A stretch of 64,000 bases of DNA, taken from contig NC_091285.1 in NCBI RefSeq assembly GCF_032444005.1, forward strand, positions 19,902,001 to 19,966,000. The letters run 5' to 3'. The position numbers and the translations under genes were made by a program. Numbering within the stretch: the stretch's first letter is position 1; every line of letters starts with the position of its first letter. Below are positions 1 to 11,982 of this stretch, in pieces. This DNA comes from Ranitomeya imitator (taxonomy: Eukaryota). Under the pieces are notes generated by a model. The model worked only from the letters and a program-made list of their open reading frames with translations. It was not told the origin of the DNA and ran no database searches.

Positions 1-478
1 CCTAATGCTTTGATCCTGGCTTCCTGTCAATGTTCCAGTGTTGGACTTGTTTTTCCCTGGATCATTCCTGTGGCCTGCTGCTCTGCATAGCTAAGTTCTT
101 CTTTGCTATTTGTTTGCTATTTTTTCTGTCCAGCTTGTCTAATTATTTTGCTGGAAGCTCTGGGACGCAAAGGGTGTACCTCCGTGCCGTTAGTTCGGTA
201 CGGAGGGTCTTTTTGCCCCCTTTGCGTGGTTTTCTTTAGGGTTTTGTGTAGACCGCAAAGTTATCTTTCCTATCCTCGCTCTGTTAAGATAGTCGGGCCT
301 CACTTTGCTGAATCTATTTCATCCCTACGTTTGTCTTTTCATCTTACTCACAGTCATTATATGTGGGGGGCTGCCTTTTCCTTTGGGGTATTTCTCTGAG
401 GCAAGGTAGGCTTATTTTCTATCTTCAGGCTAGTTAGTTTCTCAGGCTGTGCCGAGTTGCATAGGCAGATTTAGGCCC
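1..478 (+). mobile_element. Partial, diverged LTR related to the Gypsy LTRs at 11983-22361
   Basis: Colinear with LTR1 12150-12636 (tgctttgatcctggc ... ctgtgccgagttgcatagg) with many substitutions. Cut by the window start and truncated on the right near 478. Confidence 0.9.
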
Positions 479-974
479 TGAGAAGCTGATGTGTTCCACC
501 AACTCCATATTCACCCCCCAGGGAAGAGAAAGCAGACTACAAAGTTAGATGATTTCTGTTAGTTTCTCCTGTTTGTGTTATACCGTTTTGCATACCTGTA
601 TGTCTTTTTATTATATTTTTATACCTTTTTTCTTACTTTAAGCACTGAACCTTTTTGTATTAAAGCATAAAACTTTAACAGTTGAACCTTGTATGTTCTA
701 AAGAATCCATTGCCTAAGGTGTGTGAGCCTATGAGTGGTAGACAGTAGTAATATTTCCGTAACTCATCGCCCGTGTGTTCGGTGAGTGGTGGCAGCATGT
801 ATGAGCGGGTGTGTGGCCTGGGTCGGTGTGTGATTTATGCTCCCATTACATCATAGGACAAAAGTTGAATGCTGGACTGAGAGTGGGGAGATAGATTAAC
901 CCTTGTAGGTCCAACCCCAAGTCACGTGCTGAGCGGACACGGGACGAATTAGTGACAGCACGGAGAGGGATCCG

Positions 975-1800
975 TGACAGGTGGGTTTTCAGGTTCCATC
1001 TGAAGGATCCGAATGTGGTTGATAGTCGGACGTGTTGGGGTAAAGATTTCGAGAGGATAGGGGATATTCGGGAGAAGTCTTGGAGGCAGTTGGGTAAAGA
1101 GCGAATAAGTGTGGAGGAGAAAAGGAGGTCTTGGGAGGACCGGAGATTACGTGAGGGAAGATATCGGGAGATTAGTTTAGATATATATGGAGGAGACAGG
1201 TTATGGATGGCTTTATAGGTCAGTATTAGTAATTTGAACTGGATACGCTGAGGGAATTGGAGCCAGTGAAAAGATTTGCAGAGGGGGAAGCGGAGGAGTA
1301 GCGAGGAGAGAGATGAATTAGTTGGGCAGCAGAGTTAAGGATGGACTGGAGAGGTGCAAGGGTGTTAGCAGGGAGGCAACAGAAAAGGACGTTGCAGTAG
1401 TTGAGGCGGAAGATGATGAGGGCATGCACAAGCATTTTAGTAGATTGACGGTTGAGGAATGGACAGATTCTGGAGATATTTTTGAGCTGGAGGCGACAGG
1501 AGGTGGAAAGAGCTTGGATATGTGGTTTGAAGGACAGGGCAGAGTCAAGTGTTACTCCGAGGCAGCGGACTTACGGTACGGGGGAAAGAGTGATGTTGTT
1601 AATTGCGATAGGTCAGATAATGAAGATCTATGAGATGGAGGAAAGAGGAGTTCAGATTTGTCCACATTGAGTTTGAGGAAGTGAGAGGAAAAGGAGGATA
1701 TGGCTGATAGACACTCTGGGATCTTGGACAGCAGAGAGGTGACGTCTGGGCCAAAGAGGTAGATCTGAGTGTCATCAGCATAACAATGACTTCCACTGGC
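975..1800 (-). mobile_element. Decayed L2-clade non-LTR retrotransposon, ORF2 C-terminal part
   Basis: Frameshifted minus-strand fragments: HCYADDTQIY (RT YADD), LKLNVDKSELL, LVHALIIFRLNYCN...LQSILNSAAQLI, LTYKAIHNLSPPYI...FRWNLKTHL. These are typical L2 ORF2 C-terminal motifs. Confidence 0.85.
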
Positions 1801-2314
1801 CAGCATTTTTCTCACTTCTCCCCTCTCCGGTCCCACCACTTTCCCGTCTGGTCCTATCCATATTAGATCTTTAACAGTAGTGATCTGAAGATGTGGAGAG
1901 AACCGGACAGGTGACGGTGAAGAGCAGATGGCCTGGAGAAGTGAGCATAAAGGATTTTATCTGAAAAAAACTTATAACATAATAAGGGGTATTCCATTTG
2001 TGGAGAATAACTTCTCCGAAAATCAAACGTCTCGGGAAAATTCACACGAAGAGGAGATTTCGAATGTTGTCTGATCAGCTCATCTCTAGTCAACACAATA
2101 AAATAGGAGGCGACTGTAGGTCTATATTCAGCGAGGGCCCCTTAGTGTTTGCTACGTCTCGCTGACCGATCTTCCAGAGTGTTTTACATTACTGTAATTT
2201 TGGTTTTCGGCTTATAAACCAGAGAACTCTGGATGAACCAACAAAAGACTGTGAATCTGTTCTGTAATGCTCACAATTAAGTCTGATGCCGGTTTTGTTT
2301 CACTGTTTTTTTTT

Positions 2315-2320
2315 TTTATT
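2315..2320 (-). other. Candidate ADCK2 polyadenylation signal
   Basis: AATAAA on the minus strand about 95 nt after the stop codon. It abuts an A-run, so it may be fortuitous. Confidence 0.3.
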
Positions 2321-2414
2321 GAAACAATCATCATGAGTTAGAAAAACTTCCTTTGTGTCAGCCATCTAAGGAAGGAATAAGAATCTCCAGACGTCTCTAG
2401 CGTCCGGGTCTTGT

Positions 2415-2555
2415 TTAGATCAGAGACGCAGCACTCTTTACCAGCAGAGGCTTGGCTGCCTCCAGTATATCGATCTCCGGGTCCAGCGAGCGGCCAAGTC
2501 CTTCCAAAACCAAAATGGCAAAGACGATGGAGGCAAAGTTACTCTCAAGCTTCAC
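2415..2555 (-). CDS. ADCK2: ADCK2 coding exon 8 (last)
   Basis: VKLESNFASIVFAILVLEGLGRSLDPEIDILEAAKPLLVKSAASLI* matches the vertebrate ADCK2 C-terminus. Acceptor cag|GTG at 2556/2555, TAA at 2417-2415. Confidence 0.95.
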   Translation of the reverse strand: MKLESNFASIVFAILVLEGLGRSLDPEIDILEAAKPLLVKSAASLI

Positions 2556-2723
2556 CTGGAAATAAAATAAAGAAAAATATAATTTTACTCCAATCACATT
2601 CTGAGCTCCATACAACATCCTGCTGACTTCCTGTTAACGCTCAGGATGCAGTCTTATGTGTCTGGGGAGATGAATGCTGAACGCAGAAGAACATGGAATA
2701 AGTAATGTAAGTAAGCACTGTAC

Positions 2724-2777
2724 CTTATGTGTCATCAGAAGATGGAAGACCCGAGAGAGCAAAGTTGCAACCTGGAG
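2724..2777 (-). CDS. ADCK2: ADCK2 coding exon 7 (54 nt)
   Basis: LQVATLLSRVFHLLMTHK, with a cag acceptor after a poly-T tract and a gtac donor. Confidence 0.93.
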
Positions 2778-2921
2778 CTGAGAGTTGATGAAAAAAAAAA
2801 AAAAGTAAAATATATTAATTTTATAAATCCTCAATAAATTCCTTAATTCCACAGTTTAGACTCCCTTATCTCCTGAAATACTAGAATATTATTTTCCTTC
2901 CACTATTAGTATATAACCTCC

Positions 2922-4420
2922 CACTGATTACACAGACATGCAAAATTTGGCTTTAGGACATTTATATCAAATCCAATTACTAATTTTTGTTTTCTTATAC
3001 CCCGATTTAAAAAAACCCAAAACACGTCTATTTTTAATCATCAAGTATGGATTTTGCACTAAACACGAGTGAAATTATGTACAAGGGAGATGAACAAGAA
3101 AAATCTTTATTGAAGACAACATATAAAAATGTATTGAACATTCAACTAACTGTATTGGAAATTAATTCTTGCGCCTTTTCCTTTTCTCTTCAAAGCTTCT
3201 CTTGAAACCTTTTCTCTTAAGGGAGGTTTGCGGATCTTCTCTGTGAAGCGTCTAGCAGTAGTCCCCCATCATGTTCACGTTCCATCTCCTTGATATCTTG
3301 ATGAAATCTTTCTCCTTGATCTTCGACAACAGCACCAAGGTTTTCAGCAAAGGGTCCAAATGGGAATGTAAACAAATGTAACTTGAAGTTCATCAGACAA
3401 CCCAAGGCTTTGAAATGTTTCAGCATGTTCTCCACGATGGATTTACATTTTGGATCTTTGTTGTTACTTAGAAATTTCTTCATGACTCCTTTAAAAGAAT
3501 TTCAAGCCCTTTTCTCAATAGCTTCCATTTTTTGTTTTGAGCACATCATCCTTCGAGAGTTTTTGAATATACGGACCCACAAAAATGCCTTCCTTCAGTT
3601 TTGCTTTGGACAGTCCCTGAAACTTGATACACGGGCTCTTAAAAGTCTTTCCTTCTTTCGGTACAGCTTTCACAAACAGCTTAATGTGGAGTGCACAAGT
3701 CCAAGCTTAATGTGGAGTGATAGCAGGAGAACTTTATTGGGATCAACTAAAACTTTCCGTAACTATGTTCTTGAGTCCAGGTTGCAAAGACGTTCTCGTT
3801 GCCCAACTTTTTTGGCTCCAGTGATGAGTACTATCCTTGTTGTCCCATTCACACAAAGAGCATGGACTAAGAATAAAGTCTAAATTCTCATAGCTTTTCT
3901 TCAAGGGCCCATAATGTCCTACAGGAACTGACTGAAGCATACTCGCTGTCATTGTGCAGTAGCACAGCGTTCACATTTTTTTAATGAATCAATAACGAGT
4001 CTCCACTCTCTCACATTGTACTCAACGTTACATTTTTCCATCAGCTCAGGAACATCACTGCAATACACTAGATCGCCATCTTGAGAAAAGTATGGAAGGA
4101 ATTCCTTTTCTCTGCTTCTGTACCATGAAAAACTGGTACCAAGAGCTAGAAGGTTCTTTTCCTTTAGTCTAGAGCCTAAAATTTCTGGAGAATGTTTAGG
4201 AAGGTCCAAGTCCCTGACTAAATAATTTAATTTGAGCTGTTAAAAAAAGCTGTGACTCGTTGGGACTAACATGAAAATCTTTGTCAGAATCCTGGTCTCC
4301 ATGTTCTGAATCAGGTGTATCTTCAAGTTTCTCTGGAGATGAAGGGACAGGTTTCCAGTTGAGAGATGTAAGAAGCTTGTTGATGGTTATAGGAAGGGAT
4401 TGATTGCAGTTGTTTATTCC
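2922..4420 (-). mobile_element. Decayed DNA transposon, probably Chapaev3-like (CMC superfamily), in ADCK2 intron 6
   Basis: Broken transposase pieces: EILGSRLKEKNLLALGTSFSWYRSREKEF...EWRLVIDS; SVPVGH..LKKSYENL..CSLCEWD; LGCLMNFKLH..ENLGAVVEDQGERFHQDIKEME. Candidate terminus CACTG at 2922. The family is assigned from recalled motifs, not a search. Confidence 0.7.
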
Positions 4421-4423
4421 CAA

Positions 4424-4580
4424 AAGTGTTTAACCAAATATTAAGTTGAGGGTGCCAACAATTTTGTCCGGCCCATTTTGGGGGGTTGTGTGTGATATCT
4501 TTTATTTATGTTGTTAAATTGCAATAATTTTCTGGGAACAATTTCAAGGTTGACAACACTATTGGACATGACACTGTTGT
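4424..4580. mobile_element. Remnant of a Tc1-like terminal region
   Basis: gagggtgccaacaattttgtcc and caaggttgacaacactattggacatgacactg resemble the inner and outer terminal motifs of Tc1 right ends. Short and degenerate. Confidence 0.35.
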
Positions 4581-5092
4581 ATCGATCACGTTCCATTGTA
4601 ATTTTTGAGGGAAGTGCAGTGATCTGAAAAATGGCAATTCTTACACTACAATTTTTTTGCTTTATTGTGTCTACTGCACAAGATAAATATTGATATTTTT
4701 ATTTATGGGAAAACCAAAATCATAATGATGGAAGCCCTCAGTATGGTTAAGGCAACCCATCAACTGTCCAAAACCAAGGACTAATGCTGCGGTCAGTGAC
4801 TGACAAAGGCATGTAAATGGTAAAAACAGGGAGATGATGGCTCTAGAACACAGTCCCTTTAAGGGGATGCCTGGTTTAGAGACACCCTTTTAGGAATACA
4901 AGGTGATCAACGTTTAAAGTCTTCATCTAGAAAAAGGCCATAAACAGCATCTCTCCCTCTGGAGGATCCAACACATTATTGATGAGTGTAATGCCGTATT
5001 TCTCCTGCGGAGGAGCTGCAGAGAAATTCAATACCTTCTCCCAGCTTCTTCCGCTGATCATAACTGATTGCTGAAAGTCATTATGTCCTCAC

Positions 5093-5221
5093 CTTCCCAA
5101 GCGATACCGTATTTGTCCTGGCCTCGTTCACCAACTCCGCCATCTGTGACTTGAAGCTTTGCACGTCAACACACTGATTGGCTCTGGCGTGATGTAGGAT
5201 CAACTCGGCCACCTTCTCTCC
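5093..5221 (-). CDS. ADCK2: ADCK2 coding exon 6 (129 nt)
   Basis: GEKVAELILHHARANQCVDVQSFKSQMAELVNEARTNTVSLGK, with cag acceptor and gtgagg donor. Confidence 0.95.
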
Positions 5222-5364
5222 CTGCGGGAACCGATCAGAGCCCACCAAATTAAAATTTTGCCTTTCATTGACCACTAGTCTTGGTGAAAGGAGAAGATGT
5301 GATAAAGTGAAACTCTACAGAAAAGAAGCAAACTGGTCATAATCGTGTACAACATCCCGCTCAC

Positions 5365-5616
5365 CTGCCCTAGAACTACCGCAGTAAAGACGGAGCGGAA
5401 GTTTTCAAGATCATTCTCCTGTAGCTCAGCCACAATGCCGGCATCCAGCAAGACCAACCTAAGAGGGCAACGGCTGGGCCGGACATTGACAATCAGGGTG
5501 TCACACATGTCCACTAGGGTGGTCAGATCACTGTGGGCAGGGGAGAACTCCAGAACCCCCTGAACAAGGATATTACCAGGATGGAGATCAGCGTGGACAA
5601 AATTATCCACAAATAC
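5365..5616 (-). CDS. ADCK2: ADCK2 coding exon 5 (252 nt), ABC1/UbiB kinase catalytic motifs
   Basis: VFVDNFVHADLHPGNILV...LVLLDAGIVAEL...VVLGQ, with cag acceptor and gtgagc donor. Confidence 0.97.
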
Positions 5617-6521
5617 CTGAAAGGAAAGATTACGGGATGAGTTAGAATCCATACTCTAACCATTCCTGCGATTATCATCCTGGCCACCAGAGGCAGCATT
5701 GTGAGATGTCGAAATTTCAAGTCATCTTATCTCAAGCAAATCATACAATTGTTGGATCGTGGGTGGATTATCATATCTCAAATTTTTTCTAACTACAGAA
5801 GTCACCACCTTAATTTCAATGTACCAATAATTAATTTCCACCTTTGGGACCATCTTTACAGCCATTTTTCTGTTATAGAGCTCCAAATCCTCAGCATACT
5901 CATAAAGTAAGCTTGGATTTGATCATGTATCTGCAGTCAACACTAGAGGGAGCTAACTGCATACTGTTTATACAGTGTGTTCAGTTACAAAGCTGTCTGC
6001 AGTGAGCTCCCCCTAGTGGTGGCAGCAGAGTCACAGAATCTTATCATGTAACTATCTCCTTGCCAGTGGCCTTGCTATGCAGATACCCTTGCCATATGTC
6101 CCTGTCCATATCTATCACTTGTACCATCTGTACTGTAACACCCCCCTTTAGTTGCATGCCTTACAACCTCCTAGAAAATAAACAGCCTCTTAAAAGGGCC
6201 AGTGATTGCTAAATCACTGAATCCAGTCAGTGCCAATGTGCCCCAAGTTTCGTAAGGTTCCTTCCATAGCGCTCTGTGCCTGAGTAAGGAGGTCCATTTG
6301 GCTGCAGTCTATGTTGATATACGTTCGTTCCTGCAGCTCACATGATTTTCTAGTCCTCGTTCTGCCAGCTGCCTTTGCCTGACCTCCATTTATGACTGAT
6401 CTCTGCCAGACTTGACCCTTGTTCCATCCAATGATCACATTATTAGCACATATTGAGAATACTGGCTACACAAACTTCAAAGAGTAGAGATCCCAGAATT
6501 ACCACTGAAGACAGTTCCTAC

Positions 6522-6617
6522 CATCTTCAGTAACATGTCCATTCCCATTGCTGCGATCCGATGTTTGATCTCAGAAGACCCAGCCTCCTGCAGATAAAGA
6601 GACAACGGTTCTCCGTC
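6522..6617 (-). CDS. ADCK2: ADCK2 coding exon 4 (96 nt, absent from the ORF track)
   Basis: Translated by hand: DGEPLSLYLQEAGSSEIKHRIAAMGMDMLLKM. tag acceptor, gtagga donor; corresponds to the ADCK2 ...IARLGINMLLKM segment. Confidence 0.93.
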
Positions 6618-7235
6618 CTAATGGATAAAAACAAAGAATCCAGGAACATAACTCAACAACCATCTAAACTTATTTTCAATTCCCTCCCCGCCCCGTATGG
6701 TCCACAGCTTCTAAGAATGTCTTCCTCAGGAGGACACCAATGGGTGTAATCCTCCACTTCTCCTTTGGAGGCACGAGAGGGAAACTGACCACTTGCCACT
6801 GAGATGTCACATAGATTACCGGAGTTTACACCAGCGGGACACCCTGATCTCAGCTTGTCAAGGAAAACTTCTAAACAAGAAAGTTAGTATGGTGTCCAAA
6901 ATGGAGAACCTCTTTAATGGTGTCCTGATATTGGAACCTCCAGTGGTCAGACATGATCAACTTTTCTACACCACTACTGGAGGGGAAGAGAAGTATTATA
7001 CAGTGCTCCTTAGAATTAATGGACTGTCCATGTGATACACAAACATGGTAGATCCATCAAGGCAAGGCACTTTTTGTATCTGCTTTTTCTAACTCGTGGG
7101 AGCCATGAACGGATCTCACTGGAGTCAACCAACTTTCACTTTTGATTTCTACAGATACACAGATATCACCATTTTCAATACCAAACGTGTAGTAAAAATG
7201 CCACAACTGATACATGACCCCCAATGACTGCCCAC

Positions 7236-7364
7236 CTCGAAGGTCTCCACCATGATGTTCCTCGTCACAAAGGGTCGTAGAGGAGTGGGAAACTTTATAA
7301 AATCCATTTTCTCAAATTTTTCTTGAAATGTTTCCAAGTTCCTGGCTTCAAAACGCAGATCTAT
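7236..7364 (-). CDS. ADCK2: ADCK2 coding exon 3 (129 nt)
   Basis: IDLRFEARNLETFQEKFEKMDFIKFPTPLRPFVTRNIMVETFE, with cag acceptor and gtgggc donor. Confidence 0.95.
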
Positions 7365-7584
7365 CTGCCAAAAAAGAAAAACTACTGTGAGAATTTTTGG
7401 TTTGGGTATATGGTTGGTCCTCAGCAATGAATGATTCTCCCAAAAGAAATAATGAAAGAGTGTTTTATACTGAAGACTGTGAGAAGACTTCTCTGGTCAC
7501 CTGGCCAACCAGGCTTAATACAAATTGAGACCCATATCTATCAAAGTCGCAGATTACACAGAAAATGTAGTATAATATACTTAC

Positions 7585-7731
7585 TTGTTGGGTCATTAAT
7601 TTCCCAAACTCCTCCACAATCTCCGTCAGACTCAACCACCTGAATCCGGGGATCAGACTAACAAGTCTGCTCCAGGTCTTCATGATGAGAAGGTCCATCT
7701 TCACTTGCTGGCCAAGACCTGGATGAAGGAC
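7585..7731 (-). CDS. ADCK2: ADCK2 coding exon 2 (147 nt)
   Basis: VLHPGLGQQVKMDLLIMKTWSRLVSLIPGFRWLSLTEIVEEFGKLMTQQ, with tag acceptor and gtaagt donor. Confidence 0.96.
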
Positions 7732-9232
7732 CTAGTAACAAGTTGAGACTTAAAGTGGACCCCGATCACCAGTTTCTAGCATGCTAAACTGGCCAAATCA
7801 TGGAATAGTGGCTGTTGAGATGAATAAAACATTTTATTTTTTATTTTTTCATCACCCTTGGGAAAAAAATTAGCTTTTCTAAGTTATGAGAAGGCCAAGT
7901 GGGCGACAGAGATTCATCTCTGACGGTGATGACATTTTCCCCTGTATGACTCCTGAGGAGACTCCTCTCTATATAACAGGCCATACGAGACAACCACTTT
8001 AAGTAATCTTCTGACATGTCACTAGATGTTAAAGAACCTTTACAAAAAAGCACACCAGCAAAATAGAACAGAAGATCATTGCTCTGGGGTGAGGGACCTA
8101 GTTAAAGAAACTTACAGGCAATGATCTATGGGAAATAAAGTATGCAAAGTAGCCTAGGTTCAGAAGTAAGAAAATCGACTCAGACTAGCCAAGCCCAGAA
8201 CCATCTACAAAGATTTTGCTCCTCATCAGTACATGGCAGGGTAGTGGTTGATTGGATGAGAACTAATCCCTCCTACATCAAAGACATCTGGTCCCACCAG
8301 TCTCTACTTAATAGTGCCATCTCAACATTTAGGAGACACTAATAAAAGCCACTAAGCCAACTAGTAGCTAAGACCCGACCAGTAATTGGCCAAGAAAGCA
8401 TTTTCTAACCTTTCTTGAGGCAAGACAAGGCAATAGAGAATGGCTGAAGACCACAATAGTACGGGAACATGAGCCACAGAAGATCGGAGGATTCAATCTT
8501 ACTTTTTTTTTACTCATTTTACACCATTGGTAAAAAATGTTACCTGCTGGGTAACCTCTGGAGAGTATCATACACAACTGATGACCTAGAACCGGACCCA
8601 TGTATGATATCATCACCAGGTGGTACTGAAGCATCTCCCCATGTCAGTCCTGTAATGAAAGTATCCACCGTCCTGGTCTCCAGCGCCTGCTCTCCCTTGT
8701 TGTGCACTGGTTTGTGTTTAGGCATCAGTGGTGACCTCACGTTGACAGCTGACATGACCGATAGCTCCAATCTGTCAGATGTAAATGGCATGAGCTACTG
8801 AGACCACTGTGGATGTAAGGTCACCACTGCAGCCAGTCACTGAGAAAGACTGGTGTTGGAGTCACGGAGGGTTAATAATATCTGATTTTACTTTACATTA
8901 GAGGAAGTATTCTTAAAAGTGGAAAACCCCTTTAGGTGGACTACCCAGCATTGATATTGGCCTACTAGTATGAAATTTGATGGACGCCCTTCAAATGCTA
9001 AAATTCTGGTCACCTTGAGTCAAAATTAGAGGGAGACAGCTCCTAAGGGTTTAGGAAGAGTTTACAACTCAAGTTTACTGTTCTTTCATGGGAGAAGGAA
9101 ACTGAGAATGATGGAATTACAGGAACAGTCACAAGAGGAACATCAACTTACTTAGGTCCATTGGGTTATAATAGGGGCCTTCAAGTTCCGGAAGCCTCAT
9201 ACAGCTTCCACTGACCTTAATGGATATCTTAC

Positions 9233-10126
9233 TTTTACCGCCACGGGGACAAGGTGATCGGAATCTTCCTCTGATCCTCTTATTGGAGAATGTAATGGTT
9301 TAGGGTCCTTTGGAGAACCTTGGCCAAGTTGCCTCCAGTTCCTAAGACGTCCAATAATTCCATGAAGTCCCAGCACCTCCCATGCTTCATACGCCCAACC
9401 CTGCTCCATACTCTCTACCAGAGATTGGGACTCCACATTGTGAATCCCTGATAGGTCGGCATGGGCCTTATATACCTGGGCCACACAACCAGATCCTACA
9501 GGATCTCTGCTGGAGAACCTCAACACATGAGCGTAGTTGTCCCCGAAGGCTCTTCTCAGACAGAGGTCAGTGTATTCCCAGGGGTGCGGAGACACTTTAA
9601 CATGTAATTTGGAAAACAGATGGCAGAATTCCTCCGAGAAGAGATCTCGTCGAGTGCTAGCCCATTGGCCAAGCTTGATGCACGCCGGTCCTGATGTCTC
9701 CGTGGCCTTCAACAAAAGACAAAGCCAAAGAGAATTCAGACTTCCCGAAAGGTAGGTGAGGGGATACACGATTAATAGGGGTCCGAATTTGCAAAATAGG
9801 ATGAAAGCGCGGACCCCCACTCGGACAACAAAGTCGATCTTCTTCAGGAACGTCTCTGGTGGCTTCTGTGGACTGTCTGAAGGTCCTAAGCGCAGGAGCT
9901 TCTCACCTGGGTCTTCCTCCTGGACCAGCCGCTCACATTGCCCATTGGTTGTCACATATCTAACACCCAAGCACCAGAAGGTGATCCTGGACAGGGTCCT
10001 GACACTTGTACACCTGAGTCTCCGAGCTGCCAGGTCCCTCCATTTAGTCAGATCCCTGGATCTCCTGCAAAAGCGAATCCTGGAGCAAAAAGAGGCTCCT
10101 GCTCTCAGATAGAAGCACTGCGACAT
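9233..10126 (-). CDS. ADCK2: ADCK2 coding exon 1 (298 codons)
   Basis: Arg/Ser-rich presequence-like N-terminus, then GPACIKLGQWASTRRDLF (KxGQ), PVGSGCVAQVYKA and VAVK. Donor gtaag at 9232-9228. Confidence 0.96.
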
Positions 10127-10199
10127 TATAGGACCAAGTACACACAGGTCAGATGAGCGGCAGCGGCTCTGCCTCCTCTCCAGGCTCCATTGTCATCAG

Positions 10200-10500
10200 C
10201 AACCCTGAGCACGTACGATCAGATCGATAGATCCGCAGGACAGAAGCGACCTGAGATCCCCCCGGCTGTCAGCCAAGAGCGCGGATCACGTGACCGACAA
10301 TCCGGCAACACAACGTTCTGAGAGCGCCAGCGGAGTACAGGAGCCCGGGCACGCCCCTTCCCGGTGACGTCAGAGCGGCCATTAACCCTAACGTTGCCAG
10401 AGTGCTCCTATTAACTCTGGTGCAGGAAATAAGTCTCCAGCTCTGTGTACAGGAAGGCGGAGGCGACACCAGGGGGCGCTCAGGAGCCGAATCTTAATGA
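10200..10500 (-). promoter_or_regulatory. CpG-rich ADCK2 promoter region
   Basis: Local CpG enrichment. TCACGTGA E-box 10286-10293, full CRE TGACGTCA 10365-10372, CTCF-consensus-like ACACCAGGGGGCGC 10466-10479. Confidence 0.7.
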
Positions 10501-10795
10501 CCGGCAGCCCCATAACCGCTTCTGTCAGCCATCAATAGTGCTGGACAAGAGTAGTGTGGACCCCACTAATGAGAGCCGGGGGCTGCAGGGTCTGTGTGAG
10601 GAGCTGTGTATGTAATGCATATATCCAGGGGCCACATACTATGGGTGCAAGCACAGGGGCCGACAAGTGTAAGGGGCCACAGGCGCCTCCAGAGCAGCTG
10701 GGAGTAATGAGGGGCTGCGGACTGGGGGCCCAAATATTGTCCTGTACAGGAGCCCCGGCCTCTGCTCTCTCCTCCATCCGTCTCTGTATATTATG

Positions 10796-11600
10796 CTCCC
10801 TCTGTCTATTCTCTCTCATCTCTTTTCTCCTTTCTTCCTCTTTTCTCTCCTCCTCTCTCCTCTCTCTCCTCTCCTCTCATCACCTCTCTCTCTTCTCTCC
10901 TCTTTTCTCTCATTTCTTCTCTCCTCCTGCTCTGTTCCCTCTCTTCTGTCTCCTCTCTTTTCCTCTCTTCTCTTTCCTCTTCTCTCTCATCACCTCTCCT
11001 TTCCTTTTCTCTCCTCTTTTCTCTCTCTCCTTTCTTCTCTCTCCTCTCCTGTTCCCTCTCTTCTCTCTCTCACTCCTCTGTTCCCTCTCCTTTCCTCTCT
11101 TCTCTCTTTTCTCTCATCACTTCTCTCTCTCCTTTCTTCTCTCCTCTTTTCTCTCCTTTCTTCTCTCCTCTTTTCTCTCCTTTCTTCTCTCCTCTCCTGC
11201 TCTGTTCCCTCTCTTCTGTCTCTTCTCTCTCTCCTTTCCTCTCTTCTCTTTCCTCTTCTCTCTCAACACCTCTCTCCTCTCCTTTCTTCTCTCCTTCTCT
11301 TCCCTCTTTTCTCTCGCTCACTCCTCTGTTCCCTCTCTTCTCTCTCTCCTTTCCTCTCTTCTCTTTCCTCTCCTCTCTCTCATCACTTCTCTCTCCTTTC
11401 CTTCCTTCCCTCCTTTCTTCTTCCTCTTTTCCCTCTCCTTTCTTCTCTCTCCTCTCCTGTTCCTTCTCTCTCTCCTCTGTTCCCTCTCCTTTCTTCTCTC
11501 TCCTCTCCTGTTCCTTCTCTCTCTCCTCTGTTCCCTCTCCTCTCTCTTCTCTCCTTTCTTCTCTCCTCTTTTCTCTCCTTTCTTCTCTCTCTCACTCTCA
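10796..11600. repeat. About 800-bp polypyrimidine/polypurine (CT-rich) low-complexity tract
   Basis: Almost exclusively C/T on the + strand, with recurring sub-blocks such as ctcctgctctgttccctctcttctgtctc. Confidence 0.95.
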
Positions 11601-11667
11601 TCCAGTCTTTCTGGTGAGCTCAGGGCACCACAGACGCCATATTGTGGAGTGGGTGCAGCTATCGCAG

Positions 11668-11855
11668 TAATAATAATAATGATAATTTTTTATTTATATA
11701 GAGCCAACATATTCCGCAGCACTTTACAATTAAGCGGGGACATGTACAGACAATAAATTCAATACAAGTTAAGACAATTTAAACAGTGACATTAGGGGTG
11801 AGGTCCCTGCTCGCAAGCTTACAATCTACAAGGAAATGGGGGGACACAATAGGTG
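11668..11855 (-). mobile_element. L2-type 3' tail (5'-truncated LINE or SINE)
   Basis: (TAA)n, then ttttatttatata-gagccaacatattccgcagcactttac and ccctgctcgcaagcttacaatcta. Same family as 23540-23700 and 57589-57990. Confidence 0.75.
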
Positions 11856-11982
11856 GTCTTCAGAGTGGTCGGTGCAGGGTATATACAATGTCAAGGGAAT
11901 GAATGGAAATTACAAGTGGTCACATTAGATTATGAGGTGCATTAGATCAGCTGGTAAATCTGTGGCCTCCAGAAATGACCCC

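Noticed and set aside
10554-11756. 400-aa Leu/Ser/Phe-rich ORF
   Set aside because: Translation of the CT tract.
11963-11972. Host flank TGGCCTCCAG identical to LTR 12163-12172 just upstream of the insertion
   Set aside because: A single 10-nt match with no mechanism in integrase-mediated insertion; treated as chance.
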